DNA of 41,537 bases from Thauera sp. (GTDB lineage: Bacteria; Pseudomonadota; Gammaproteobacteria; Burkholderiales; Rhodocyclaceae): contig JBFGZP010000001.1 of the NCBI GenBank assembly GCA_041586695.1, positions 1 to 41,537 of the forward strand, written 5' to 3'. Shown here piece by piece: positions 20,257 to 29,375 of this stretch; positions within the stretch are counted from its first letter, which is position 1, and each line of letters begins with the position of its first letter. Under the pieces are notes generated by a model that worked only from the letters and a program-made list of their open reading frames with translations, was not told where the DNA came from and did no database searches. The translations under genes were made by a program, and so were the position numbers.

Positions 20257-21072
20257 CTAGTTGGCCACCTTCGCGGGGGCGCTGTAACCGAGCGCGTGCG
20301 AGATTTCGTCCGCGGTTTCGCGCACCAGCGGGGCCCAGTCGGGATTGAAGCGTTCGGACGGGGTCGACAGGGAAAGGCCCGCGATGAGTTCACCGCTGTC
20401 GTTGCGGATGCCCGCGGCGATGCAGCGCACACCCGCCTCCACTTCGTCGAGGTCGAAGGCCACGCCGTGACGGCGCACACGGTCGAGTTCCTTCTCCAGC
20501 GCGGGCAGCGTCACGATCGACGCCGGTGTCGAGCCGGGCAGGCCGGTGCGTCGTGCGTAGTCGCGAATTCGATCCGTGCCGTCCTCCATGAGGAAGAGCT
20601 TGCCGCTGGCCGTGGTGTGGAGCGGGGCGCGGGCGCCAACGATGTGCACCACCCGGACCGACGAGCGGCCGCTGGAAGTGCGCTCGACATAGACGATCTC
20701 GTCGCCGGCGCGGATGCCGAGGTTGACGCTTTCACCGGTCGCGGCATGCAACTTGAGCATCAATGGCATTGCGGATTCGCGCAGCGAGATGCGGGAGCGC
20801 ACCAGGCTACCGAGTTCGAGCAGGCGGATGCCGAGCCGGTAGACGCCGGCGTCGGCGCGCTCGACGAAGTCGCTCTGCGCCATCGCGCCGAGGATGCGGT
20901 GCGCGGTCGAGGGGTGCAGCCCGGTCTCCAGCGCGAGTTGCTTGAGCGGCACCGGATCGGCGTGCAGGGCAAGTACATCGAGCAGCTTCATCATGCGCTC
21001 GATGACCTGTATGGGGTTCTTGCCCTCGGCAGAAGCCGGCGCTGCGGTCGATTCGATCTTGCGTGCGGACAC
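20257..21072 (-). CDS. IclR family transcriptional regulator
   Basis: IQVIERMMKLL, HTH TGLHPSTAHRIL, GARAPLHTTASGKLFL, GVRCIAA; GTG start at 21072 inferred. Confidence 0.92.
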   Translation of the reverse strand: MSARKIESTAAPASAEGKNPIQVIERMMKLLDVLALHADPVPLKQLALETGLHPSTAHRILGAMAQSDFVERADAGVYRLGIRLLELGSLVRSRISLRESAMPLMLKLHAATGESVNLGIRAGDEIVYVERTSSGRSSVRVVHIVGARAPLHTTASGKLFLMEDGTDRIRDYARRTGLPGSTPASIVTLPALEKELDRVRRHGVAFDLDEVEAGVRCIAAGIRNDSGELIAGLSLSTPSERFNPDWAPLVRETADEISHALGYSAPAKVAN

Positions 21073-21121
21073 GGTGGCCTGATGGTTATTGCGGACCTTG
21101 GAATGGTACCCGGCTGGGCAG

Positions 21122-21138
21122 ATTTCGCCCAGTGAAAT
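21122..21138. promoter_or_regulatory. Probable autoregulatory IclR-type operator
   Basis: ATTTCGC-CCA-GTGAAAT near-perfect palindrome about 50 bp upstream of the regulator start. Confidence 0.55.
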
Positions 21139-21356
21139 GCGCTTGCGCTGTGGCAGTCCGTTGCTGTTCGCGCGCCGAGGCCTTGTCGCGGTCGCTGTGC
21201 CATGCCTGCATGGAACCATATGCTCGCGGTTTCGTCCGATCCCGCTGACTTGTGCCGGACCTGCCGGGCGACATGGTGGCAGCGCCTGAGTCCGCGTTCC
21301 GCCGACGCCGGCGCCGCATGGCGCGATCGACTGTGGTCGCGGATACGGGCGGCAGA

Positions 21357-21475
21357 TATACTTTTGCCTCGATGATCCGCGCCTGGCCGCTCCGTCAGGA
21401 CTTTGCCCGATTGCGCCAGTCGCGGGAAAAGTGGTCTGCTCCGGTGTCAGCCTTCATCAATCGCGGGAATTTCCA
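21357..21475 (+). promoter_or_regulatory. -10 box and structured 5' leader of the Mrp operon (riboswitch candidate)
   Basis: TATACT at 21357-21362; compact stem-loop 21370-21400; 12-mer near-repeat CAGTCGCGGGAA / CAATCGCGGGAA with a shared complementary segment. Confidence 0.45.
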
Positions 21476-24331
21476 ATGAGTCTTGTCCTGATCGTGATGC
21501 TGCCTTTCATTGGCGCGGTCTTTCCGCCGCTGATGATCCGCGCCGGGCGCAACGCCTGCGCGATGACGAGCTTCACGGTCACCTTGCTCGCCTTCGTCCT
21601 GCTGATGGCGCACGCGGGAACGGTGTTCAACGGCGAGGTGGTGCGAGCAAGCTGGACCTGGCTGCCCGCCCTCGGCCTCAATGCGAGCTTCTTCGTCGAC
21701 GGCCTCGGTTTCTTCTTCGCCGGGCTGATTCTCGGCATCGGCCTGCTCATCATCATCTACGCCCGGTTCTACCTGTCGAAGGATGACCCGATGGGCACCT
21801 TCTACAGTTATCTGCTGCTGTTCCAGGGCGCGATGGTCGGCATCGTGCTGTCGGACAACATCCTGCTGCTGGTGGTGTTCTGGGAACTCACCAGCCTGTC
21901 TTCCTTCCTCCTGATCGGCTACTGGAAGCATCTGCCCGACGGTCGCCGGGGGGCGAGGATGGCGCTCACAGTGACCGCCGCCGGTGGCCTGGCGATGATC
22001 GCGGGGATGCTGATCCTGGGCGACATCGCCGGCTCCTACGATCTCACCGACATCCTTCTGCAGCGCGAGGCGATCCAGAATTCGCCGCTGTATCTGCCGG
22101 CGCTGGTGTTGATCCTCGCCGGCTGTTTCACCAAGAGCGCACAGTTCCCCTTTCATTTCTGGCTGCCGCACGCAATGGCGGCGCCGACGCCGGTGTCCGC
22201 CTACCTGCATTCGGCGACCATGGTGAAGGCGGGCATCTTCCTGATGGCGAGGATGTGGCCGGTGCTGGCCGGAACCGACGAATGGTTCTACATCGTCGCC
22301 ACGACCGGCCTGCTGACCATGCTGATCGCCGCCTACATCGCGCTGTTCAAGGATGACCTGAAGGGGCTGCTGGCATTCTCGACCGTCAGCCACCTCGGGC
22401 TGGTGACGATGCTGCTCGGCTTCGGTACGCCGATCGCAGCGGTCGCGGCGGTATTCCACATCCTCAACCACGCCACCTTCAAGGCCGCGCTGTTCATGAC
22501 CGCGGGTATCGTCGATCACGAGACCGGTACGCGTGACATCAAGCGCCTTGGCGGCCTCGCCCATCTGATGCCGATCACGGCGACACTGGTGATGCTGGCG
22601 GGGGCCTCGATGGCGGGCCTGCCCTTGCTCAACGGCTTCCTGTCGAAGGAAATGATGCTGCACGAGGCTTCGTTGACCGACTGGGGCGGGCTGGGCTGGC
22701 CGGTTCCACTGCTGGCCACGGTTGCTGCCTGCTTCTCGGTGGCCTACTCGTTTCGCTACATGTTCCACGTTTTCTTCGGCCACAGACGCGACGACTATCC
22801 TCGCAAACCGCACGATCCGCCGGTGGGCATGTGGCTGCCGCCTGCGCTGCTGGTGGTGCTGGTCGTGCTCATCGGCCTGTTTCCCGAATCCGTCGCCGGA
22901 CCACTGGTGCGCACGGTCTCCCGGGCGGTGACCGGGGGCGAGGTGCTCGACTATCAGCTCGCCCTGTGGCACGGCTTCACGCCGGCGCTCGGCATGAGCG
23001 CCGTGGCGGTGACCGTGGGCATCGTGGTGCTGAAGAACTGGCGTGCGGTGCGGGCCGCGTGGCTGGCCGGACCGCATCCGGAGGCGCGCGCGATGTTTCG
23101 CGCCACGATCAGCTTCGTCGTCGATCTGGCCCTGACCATCACCCACGGCGTGCACAACGGTTCGTTGCAGCGTTATCTGGGTTTCATGGTCGGCACCGCG
23201 CTGTTGCTCGGTTATGCCACCTTCCTGGGCAGTACCCATGCACCGGGCGAGCGTGCGCTGTTGCCGGCGACGGCCGTCGCGGTCGTCGGCTGGGTGCTGC
23301 TGGTCGCGGCCTGTCTCGCCGTCGTGACGATGCATCGCCAGCGCCTGCTGGCGCTGGTCGTGGTCGGCGTGATCGGCCTCATCGTGTCGATCGGCTTCGT
23401 CTACCTGTCGGCGCCGGACCTGGCGCTGACGCAGATCTCGGTCGAGGTGGTGACGGTCATCCTGATGTTGCTGGCGCTCAACTTCCTGCCCAAGGAGACG
23501 CCGCGCGAGAGCGGTCGTGGCCGTCACGTGCTCGATGCCGCGCTGGCGGGAGCCGCCGGCCTGGGTGTCGGTGGCGCGGCGTGGGCGGTGCTGACACGCG
23601 ACTTCGAGACGCTGTCGGGCTACTACCTCGAGCAGTCCGTGCCGGGGGGCGGCGGCACCAACGTGGTGAACGTCATTCTGGTGGATTTCCGCGGCTTCGA
23701 CACCTTCGGCGAGATCATCGTGCTCGGCATTGCCGCGCTCGCCATCTTCGCCCTGCTCGACGGTGCGATGTTCGGGGCCGTAGGGCGCAAGCTCGCCGCC
23801 TGGGTGCCCGACCAGACGCGCGCGGCCGATCGCCACCCCTTGATGCTGGCGGTGGCGACCCGCGTGATGCTGCCGCTGTCACTGCTCGTGGGGGTGTTCA
23901 TCTTCCTGCGCGGCCACAATGTGCCTGGCGGTGGCTTCATCGCCGGCCTGGTGGTGGCGATTGCGCTCATCGTGCAATACATGGCGAGCGGTTTCGGCTG
24001 GGCGGCCCAGCGCATGAAGGTCGACTACCATGCACTGATCGGCTCGGGCGTGCTCGCGGCGGCGCTGACCGGCATCGGTTCGTGGATGGCGGGTTACCCC
24101 TTCCTGACCAGCACGGTGTGGCACTTCGAACTGCCATTACTCGGCGAACTGCATGTCGCTTCGGCAATGTTCTTCGATATCGGCGTATTCCTCGTCGTCG
24201 TCGGCGCCACCATGCTCGCGCTGGCGAATCTGTCGCGCATCGGGCGGCGCGCCGAACATTTACTGGTGAACCGCGAACCGATGGACGTCGATCCATCCCG
24301 GCCCGGGCTGGCCCGCTCGAGGGAGAGCTGA
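21476..24331 (+). CDS. mrpA: Monovalent cation/H+ antiporter subunit A-B fusion (MrpA'/PhaAB)
   Basis: [48 protein letters not shown] and GHNVPGGGF (MrpB part). Confidence 0.95.
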   Translation: MSLVLIVMLPFIGAVFPPLMIRAGRNACAMTSFTVTLLAFVLLMAHAGTVFNGEVVRASWTWLPALGLNASFFVDGLGFFFAGLILGIGLLIIIYARFYLSKDDPMGTFYSYLLLFQGAMVGIVLSDNILLLVVFWELTSLSSFLLIGYWKHLPDGRRGARMALTVTAAGGLAMIAGMLILGDIAGSYDLTDILLQREAIQNSPLYLPALVLILAGCFTKSAQFPFHFWLPHAMAAPTPVSAYLHSATMVKAGIFLMARMWPVLAGTDEWFYIVATTGLLTMLIAAYIALFKDDLKGLLAFSTVSHLGLVTMLLGFGTPIAAVAAVFHILNHATFKAALFMTAGIVDHETGTRDIKRLGGLAHLMPITATLVMLAGASMAGLPLLNGFLSKEMMLHEASLTDWGGLGWPVPLLATVAACFSVAYSFRYMFHVFFGHRRDDYPRKPHDPPVGMWLPPALLVVLVVLIGLFPESVAGPLVRTVSRAVTGGEVLDYQLALWHGFTPALGMSAVAVTVGIVVLKNWRAVRAAWLAGPHPEARAMFRATISFVVDLALTITHGVHNGSLQRYLGFMVGTALLLGYATFLGSTHAPGERALLPATAVAVVGWVLLVAACLAVVTMHRQRLLALVVVGVIGLIVSIGFVYLSAPDLALTQISVEVVTVILMLLALNFLPKETPRESGRGRHVLDAALAGAAGLGVGGAAWAVLTRDFETLSGYYLEQSVPGGGGTNVVNVILVDFRGFDTFGEIIVLGIAALAIFALLDGAMFGAVGRKLAAWVPDQTRAADRHPLMLAVATRVMLPLSLLVGVFIFLRGHNVPGGGFIAGLVVAIALIVQYMASGFGWAAQRMKVDYHALIGSGVLAAALTGIGSWMAGYPFLTSTVWHFELPLLGELHVASAMFFDIGVFLVVVGATMLALANLSRIGRRAEHLLVNREPMDVDPSRPGLARSRES

Positions 24332-24332
24332 A

Positions 24333-24737
24333 ATGGAGTTTCTGGTTGCCAGCGGCGTGGGCGTGCTGACCGCCGCGGGCGTCTACCTGTTGTTGCGCAA
24401 ACGCACGTTTCCGGTGGTGCTCGGCCTCGCCCTGCTGTCGTACGCCACCAACGTGTTCCTGTTCTCGATGGGCCGCCTCACCGTGAATCTTCCACCCGTC
24501 ATCAACGATCTTGCCCAGGCCTACACCGATCCACTGCCGCAGGCCCTGGTCCTTACGGCCATCGTCATTTCCTTCGGCATGACCGCGGTCGCGGTGGTGA
24601 TGGCCTTGCGCAGCTTTCTGGAGAACGACGACGACATTGTCGACCTGCCCGAATCGGCGATGGCGCTCGACCCCGACCCGGAGGCCGCGGACGCCGACGT
24701 GGCCGGGCTGGACGCACCCCCGGGAGCATCGCGATGA
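24333..24737 (+). CDS. mrpC: Cation/H+ antiporter subunit C
   Basis: DPLPQALVLTAIVISFG. Confidence 0.94.
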   Translation: MEFLVASGVGVLTAAGVYLLLRKRTFPVVLGLALLSYATNVFLFSMGRLTVNLPPVINDLAQAYTDPLPQALVLTAIVISFGMTAVAVVMALRSFLENDDDIVDLPESAMALDPDPEAADADVAGLDAPPGASR

Positions 24738-26275
24738 ACCACTGGATCATCGTGCCGATCCTGCTCCCGGCCATGCTCGCGCCGGTCCTCATCATGGCCG
24801 CGCGCTACGACATCGTGTTGGCGCGCACGCTGTCGGTGGCCGGAAACCTGGCCCTGGTGGTGCTCACCGCAGCTTTGCTCGCGAGCGCGTCCGGCGAGCC
24901 ACCGCAGCTGTATTCGCTCGGTGACTGGCCGGCGCCGTTCGGCATCGTGCTCGTGCTCGACCGCCTGTCGGCGCTGATGCTCTTGCTGAGCGCGGTGCTG
25001 AGCCTGATCGCCCTTGTCTATGCGATCGACGGCTGGGACCGGCGGGGGAAGCACTTCCATGCGCTGTGGCAGTTCCAGCTCATGGGCATCAACGGTGCCT
25101 TCCTGACGGGCGACTTCTTCAACCTCTTCGTGTTCTTCGAGATCCTGCTCATCGCTTCCTACGGCCTGATGGTGCATGGTGGCGGCCCCGACCGCGTGCG
25201 CGCGGGAGTGCAGTACGTCGTCGTCAATCTGGTCGGATCGACGCTCTTCCTCATCGCGGTCGGGATGATCTACAGCGTCGCCGGCACCCTCAACATGGCC
25301 GACCTGGCGCTCAAGGTGCCGCTGGTGGCGGAGGGCGACCGCGCACTGTTGAACACCGGTGCGCTGCTGCTGCTGCTGGTGTTTTCCGTCAAGGCGGCGC
25401 TGGTGCCGGTGCATTTCTGGCTGCCGGGCACCTACGCCAATGCGCCCGCGCCGGTGGGCGCCCTGTTCGCGATCATGACCAAGGTCGGGGCGTATTCGAT
25501 CATCCGCCTGTACACTCTGGCCTTCGGTGCCGACGCCGGCGTGTCGGCCTGGATTGCCGCCCCGTGGCTGATGCCGGCGGCGCTGCTGACCCTGGGGCTC
25601 GGCGGCCTCGGCGTGCTGGCCTCGCGCACGGTCGCGCACTTCGCCAGCTTCGCGGTGATCGGCTCGATGGGCAACCTGCTGATCGCGGTCGCGCTGTTCA
25701 CCCCGCAGGCACTGAGCGCAGGCCTGTATTACCTGGTGCATTCCACCTTCGCCGCGGCCGTGCTGTTCCTGATTGCCGACCAGATCGCCCAGCGTCGCGG
25801 TCGCGAGTCGGACCGGCTCACGGTGGCGCCACCCTTTGCCCAGAGCGGCTTGCTGGCCGTGACCTTCTTTCTCGGCGGCATCGCCATCTGCGGCATGCCA
25901 CCGCTGTCCGGCTTTCTCGGCAAGCTGCTCATTCTCGACAGTGCGCGCGCGTCACAGAGTGCGATCTGGATCTGGACCCTGATGCTATCCATCTCCCTGA
26001 CATCGCTCGTCGCCTTCGGCCGTGCCGGCAGCACGCTGTTCTGGAAGAGCTCGGCCCTTCAGTCGACGGTGCCGGTCGACGAGGATGGGCGTGCCCAGTG
26101 GCCGGCGGCGGCGCCGCTGCCGCTGCTGGCGATCGCGGCGATGCTGGCCAGCATCGTGGCGCTGACCGGCTTCGCCGGCCCGGTCGTGGCCTGGATGGAC
26201 GAGACCGCCGCCCAGATTCATCAGCCGGCCCAGTACATCGATGCGGTGCTTGGCGTCGCCGGAGGAAACGAGTGA
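24734..26275 (+). CDS. mrpD: Cation/H+ antiporter subunit D
   Basis: GDWPAPFGIVLVLDRLS, FLTGDFFNLFVFFE, HFWLP, TKVG and PPLSGF. Confidence 0.95.
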   Translation: MNHWIIVPILLPAMLAPVLIMAARYDIVLARTLSVAGNLALVVLTAALLASASGEPPQLYSLGDWPAPFGIVLVLDRLSALMLLLSAVLSLIALVYAIDGWDRRGKHFHALWQFQLMGINGAFLTGDFFNLFVFFEILLIASYGLMVHGGGPDRVRAGVQYVVVNLVGSTLFLIAVGMIYSVAGTLNMADLALKVPLVAEGDRALLNTGALLLLLVFSVKAALVPVHFWLPGTYANAPAPVGALFAIMTKVGAYSIIRLYTLAFGADAGVSAWIAAPWLMPAALLTLGLGGLGVLASRTVAHFASFAVIGSMGNLLIAVALFTPQALSAGLYYLVHSTFAAAVLFLIADQIAQRRGRESDRLTVAPPFAQSGLLAVTFFLGGIAICGMPPLSGFLGKLLILDSARASQSAIWIWTLMLSISLTSLVAFGRAGSTLFWKSSALQSTVPVDEDGRAQWPAAAPLPLLAIAAMLASIVALTGFAGPVVAWMDETAAQIHQPAQYIDAVLGVAGGNE

Positions 26276-26793
26276 TGTCGCAGACTCCGCATTCTTCGCC
26301 CACCCGGCGCGAGTGGTTGCCCCACCCGCTGCTCACCATCGTGCTGGCGGTATCCTGGCTGCTGCTGCAGAACAGCTTCAGTCTCGCCCACCTGGTGCTG
26401 GGTCTCGTGCTCGGTTTCGTGATCCCGCTGCTGATCGCCGACCTTTGGCCGCGGCCACCCCGCATCCGCAGCTACAGCAAGGCGCTTGCCTACTTCTTCC
26501 TGGTGCTGTGGGACATCATCGTGGCCAATGTGCAGGTGGCGCAGCTCATCTTGTTCCGGCCACTGGACCGCTTCAACACGCGCTGGGTCGCGGTGCCGCT
26601 CGATCTCGTCACGCCCGAGGCCATCACCTTGTTCGCCGGCACGATCACGATGACGCCGGGCACGGTCAGCGCCGACCTCTCGGCCGACGGACGCAGCCTT
26701 CTCGTGCACTGCCTCGATGCCCCCGATGCCGACGAGGCAGTGCGCAACATGAAGACACGCTACGAAGCGCGCCTGAAGGAGATCTTCGAATGA
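26275..26793 (+). CDS. mrpE: Cation/H+ antiporter subunit E
   Basis: WLPHPLL, DIIVAN.QVA, ITMTPGT, LLVHCLD, RYEARLKEIF; ATG overlaps the mrpD stop. Confidence 0.92.
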   Translation: MSQTPHSSPTRREWLPHPLLTIVLAVSWLLLQNSFSLAHLVLGLVLGFVIPLLIADLWPRPPRIRSYSKALAYFFLVLWDIIVANVQVAQLILFRPLDRFNTRWVAVPLDLVTPEAITLFAGTITMTPGTVSADLSADGRSLLVHCLDAPDADEAVRNMKTRYEARLKEIFE

Positions 26794-27059
26794 TCGACTA
26801 TGCAATCGCCTTTGGCTTCGCGGCGCTTTCGCTGGCGCTGCTGCTCAATCTGCTGCGGCTGTTCCGCGGGCCGACCGCGATGGACCGCGTGCTCGCCGTC
26901 GACACCATGGTGATCAACATCATCGGCGTCATCGTTCTGTACGGCATTCAGCAGCACACGGCGGTGTACTTCGAGGCCGCACTGCTCTTCGCCATGTTCG
27001 GCTTCGTGTCAACCGTGGCCTACTGCAAGTTCGCCCTCCGCGGCGACGTCATCGAGTGA
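26790..27059 (+). CDS. mrpF: Cation/H+ antiporter subunit F
   Basis: RGPTAMDRVLAVD and FGFVSTVA; ATGA overlap with mrpE. Confidence 0.92.
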   Translation: MIDYAIAFGFAALSLALLLNLLRLFRGPTAMDRVLAVDTMVINIIGVIVLYGIQQHTAVYFEAALLFAMFGFVSTVAYCKFALRGDVIE

Positions 27060-27066
27060 GGAACGC

Positions 27067-27456
27067 ATGATGGAACTGCTGCACGAGATCGTCGTATCCG
27101 CATTGATCGTCGTCGGTACCCTTTTTTCGCTGGTCGGAGCCTGGGGCATGGTTCGCCTGCCCGAGCTGATGAGTCGCCTGCATGCACCGACCAAGGCGGC
27201 CACGCTGGGTCTCGGCGGCCTGCTGCTCGCCTCGATGCTGCACTTCTTCTTCATCGCGCACGGACTGTCGACGCACGAGTTGCTGATCACGCTGTTCATC
27301 TTCCTGACTGCACCGATTACCGCGCTGTTCCTCGCCAAGGCCTACCTGCACCGCAACGTCGACCCGCGCCGTGGCGTGCCACGCCCGGGCAAGCACGGCT
27401 GGAGCACCTTCGATCGCATCGACGAGGACAAGGCGAGAGGTCCGACACAGCGCTGA
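27067..27456 (+). CDS. mrpG: Cation/H+ antiporter subunit G
   Basis: RLP...[12 protein letters not shown] and FLTAPI. Confidence 0.93.
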   Translation: MMELLHEIVVSALIVVGTLFSLVGAWGMVRLPELMSRLHAPTKAATLGLGGLLLASMLHFFFIAHGLSTHELLITLFIFLTAPITALFLAKAYLHRNVDPRRGVPRPGKHGWSTFDRIDEDKARGPTQR

Positions 27457-27547
27457 GTCCGGCACGCCCGGCTCGCGCCCGCGGCCGTCACTGGCGCATA
27501 ATCGCGCCTGTTCCCGCTTTGCGCCGCTCGGCGCGCCGAGGTTTGTC

Positions 27548-28606
27548 TTGAGCACCGTCCGCAAGAATCCGCCGCAGCCCGCGCCCTCGCGTATCTCGGG
27601 CACCCTGAAAGTGAAGAAGCCGGCGCCCGCCGAAGCGCAGGACGAAGCGCCGGCGGTCGCGCCGCGCGGTGCGCGCAAGCCCGCATCTCCGCAGTCCAGG
27701 GGTGGCGACGCCAAGCCCGGACGCAAGGGCGCAGGGCCCCGATCCGAGCCCCGTCCGCCGGTCCGCCCGGGCGGGCGCCCGCCGCACAAGCCTGCCCCGG
27801 CTTCGACGCCAAAGGCCGCAACGGGGCCGCAATCGGAACCGCTCGCGGGCCGCGCCGAGGCCGGCGCGGCGACGCCACCCGAGGGCGTGCGCCTGTCAAA
27901 GATCATGGCCGAGCGCGGCATCTGCTCGCGCCGCGAGGCCGACGAGCTGATCGAGCGCGGCTGGGTATTCGTCGACGGCAAACGCGTATCCGAACTGGGC
28001 GTGCGTATCGACCCCGACGCCGGCATCACGCTCGCGCCCGAGGCCAGGCGCGTTCAGGCACAGCGGGTGACGATCCTGCTGCACAAGCCGGTCGGCTATG
28101 TGTCGGGTCAGCCCGAACCGGGCTATGAGCCGGCGGTAAGCCTGATCGGGGCGTGCAACCAGTTCGACCGCGACAGCGCGCAGCGCTTTCACCCCTCACA
28201 GTTGAAGAATCTTGCGCCCGCGGGGCGGCTGGACATCGATTCGACCGGCCTGCTGGTGCTCACCCAGGACGGCCGTATCGCCCGCCAGCTGATCGGAGAT
28301 CACTCGCAGGTCGACAAGGAATACCTCGTGCGGGTCGAGGGCGAACTCGCCGACAACGGCCTCGAACGGCTCAATCACGGCCTGGAACTCGATGGCCGCC
28401 AGCTGCGGCCGGCCAAGGTCGAGTGGATCAATGACGATCAGCTGCGCTTCGTGCTGCGCGAAGGGCGCAAGCGCCAGGTTCGCCGCATGTGCGAACTTGT
28501 CGGCCTGCGCGTTGTGGGCCTCAAGCGCGTGCGTATCGGCCAGGTCAAACTGGGCGACCTGCCGCTCGGCCAGTGGCGCTTTCTGCGCGAGGACGAGCGC
28601 TTCTGA
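27548..28606 (+). CDS. rRNA pseudouridine synthase (RsuA/RluB/RluF family) with S4 domain and disordered N-terminal extension
   Basis: [35 protein letters not shown] and [13 protein letters not shown]; TTG start at 27548 with GAGG upstream is inferred. Confidence 0.9.
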   Translation: MSTVRKNPPQPAPSRISGTLKVKKPAPAEAQDEAPAVAPRGARKPASPQSRGGDAKPGRKGAGPRSEPRPPVRPGGRPPHKPAPASTPKAATGPQSEPLAGRAEAGAATPPEGVRLSKIMAERGICSRREADELIERGWVFVDGKRVSELGVRIDPDAGITLAPEARRVQAQRVTILLHKPVGYVSGQPEPGYEPAVSLIGACNQFDRDSAQRFHPSQLKNLAPAGRLDIDSTGLLVLTQDGRIARQLIGDHSQVDKEYLVRVEGELADNGLERLNHGLELDGRQLRPAKVEWINDDQLRFVLREGRKRQVRRMCELVGLRVVGLKRVRIGQVKLGDLPLGQWRFLREDERF

Positions 28607-28613
28607 ACGCACG

Positions 28614-28648
28614 GCGGGGGCGGCATGGAAGGTCCATGCCGCCCCCGC
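28614..28648. repeat. Perfect 16-bp inverted repeat between convergent genes
   Basis: GCGGGGGCGGCATGGA-AGG-TCCATGCCGCCCCCGC; no U-tract on either side. Confidence 0.8.
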
Positions 28649-28720
28649 TGAATTCTCGCAAACCCGATGTGCCAGCCGGGCGCTGGGCCCAGGCAGGGGG
28701 CGAGCTTGCCGTGCTCGCCG

Positions 28721-28993
28721 CTAGGCGGTCGTCTTCGTGCGCGCCTTGCGCGCCGCGCAGTTATCCGGCTGCCTGCAGCCGGCTTTCGCCACCGCAGCAC
28801 CAGCTGCCTCGGCAGCGAGGGCTTCGGCGTGCTCGTCCGACAGCCCGCTGACTTGAGCAAAACAGCCTTCGAGCGGGCACTTCTGTCCTGGTTGGCAACC
28901 GTGTTCGGCCGCGCACTCGGCCTGCGTCTCGTCGAGCAGAACCATTTCCTTCACCGCTTCGCAGCGTCCGATGGGCGAGTCAAAGCCACTCAT
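28721..28993 (-). CDS. 90-aa Cys/His-rich hypothetical protein
   Basis: MSGFDSPIGRCEAVKEMVLLDETQAECAAEHGCQPGQKCPLEGCF...; strong SD AAAGGAG before ATG 28993. Confidence 0.75.
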   Translation of the reverse strand: MSGFDSPIGRCEAVKEMVLLDETQAECAAEHGCQPGQKCPLEGCFAQVSGLSDEHAEALAAEAAGAAVAKAGCRQPDNCAARKARTKTTA

Positions 28994-29069
28994 GTAGGTC
29001 TCCTTTGATGGTGTCGGTATTTTTTCGCGCCGCCTGTGACGGAAGTCGCGCGACGCATCGAGTTTCAGT

Positions 29070-29375
29070 CTAGTCGCCTGGGCGACGTTCGCCGGGAGAA
29101 CTGAGCCACCTTTGATCTGGGTCAACGGATGGCGGCGGTGCGGATGGCGGCGGTGCGACTCGTTCGGGTCGGTGCCGGCGCGCCGGCACGCAGCAGCGCA
29201 GGTCGCGATAGGGGCCGCGCGCATGAGCCCAGCCGGGGCCGGGCGATGTCTGCGCGCAGTGTTCGGCACCGTCGATGCGGCTGCGCCACACATGCCAGGG
29301 CGCCGGCGCAGCGGTCGCCAGGTCCGCGCCGAGCAGCACGGCCAGGGTAGCGAAGACGCTTGCCCTACTCGGCAC
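29070..29375 (-). CDS. Small exported protein with APAPW...CAQTSPGPGW...GPY...C core
   Basis: Signal-peptide-like N-terminus; GGAGG 6 nt upstream of a GTG that overlaps the permease 3' end; Trp/Cys-rich core; the Pro-rich tail is less certain. Confidence 0.6.
   Translation of the reverse strand: MPSRASVFATLAVLLGADLATAAPAPWHVWRSRIDGAEHCAQTSPGPGWAHARGPYRDLRCCVPARRHRPERVAPPPSAPPPSVDPDQRWLSSPGERRPGD
29112..29125. promoter_or_regulatory. FNR/Dnr-like box
   Basis: TTGAT-CTGG-GTCAA, one mismatch to TTGAT-N4-ATCAA; upstream of a minus-strand TAGACT (29072-29067) and the Cys-rich gene. Confidence 0.55.
29126..29155. repeat. Perfect 15-bp tandem duplication
   Basis: CGGATGGCGGCGGTG twice, directly adjacent to the FNR-like box. 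Confidence 0.85.

Noticed and set aside
21476-24331. MrpA-MrpB fusion as a novelty
   Set aside because: Standard feature of group-2 Mrp/Pha operons in Proteobacteria.
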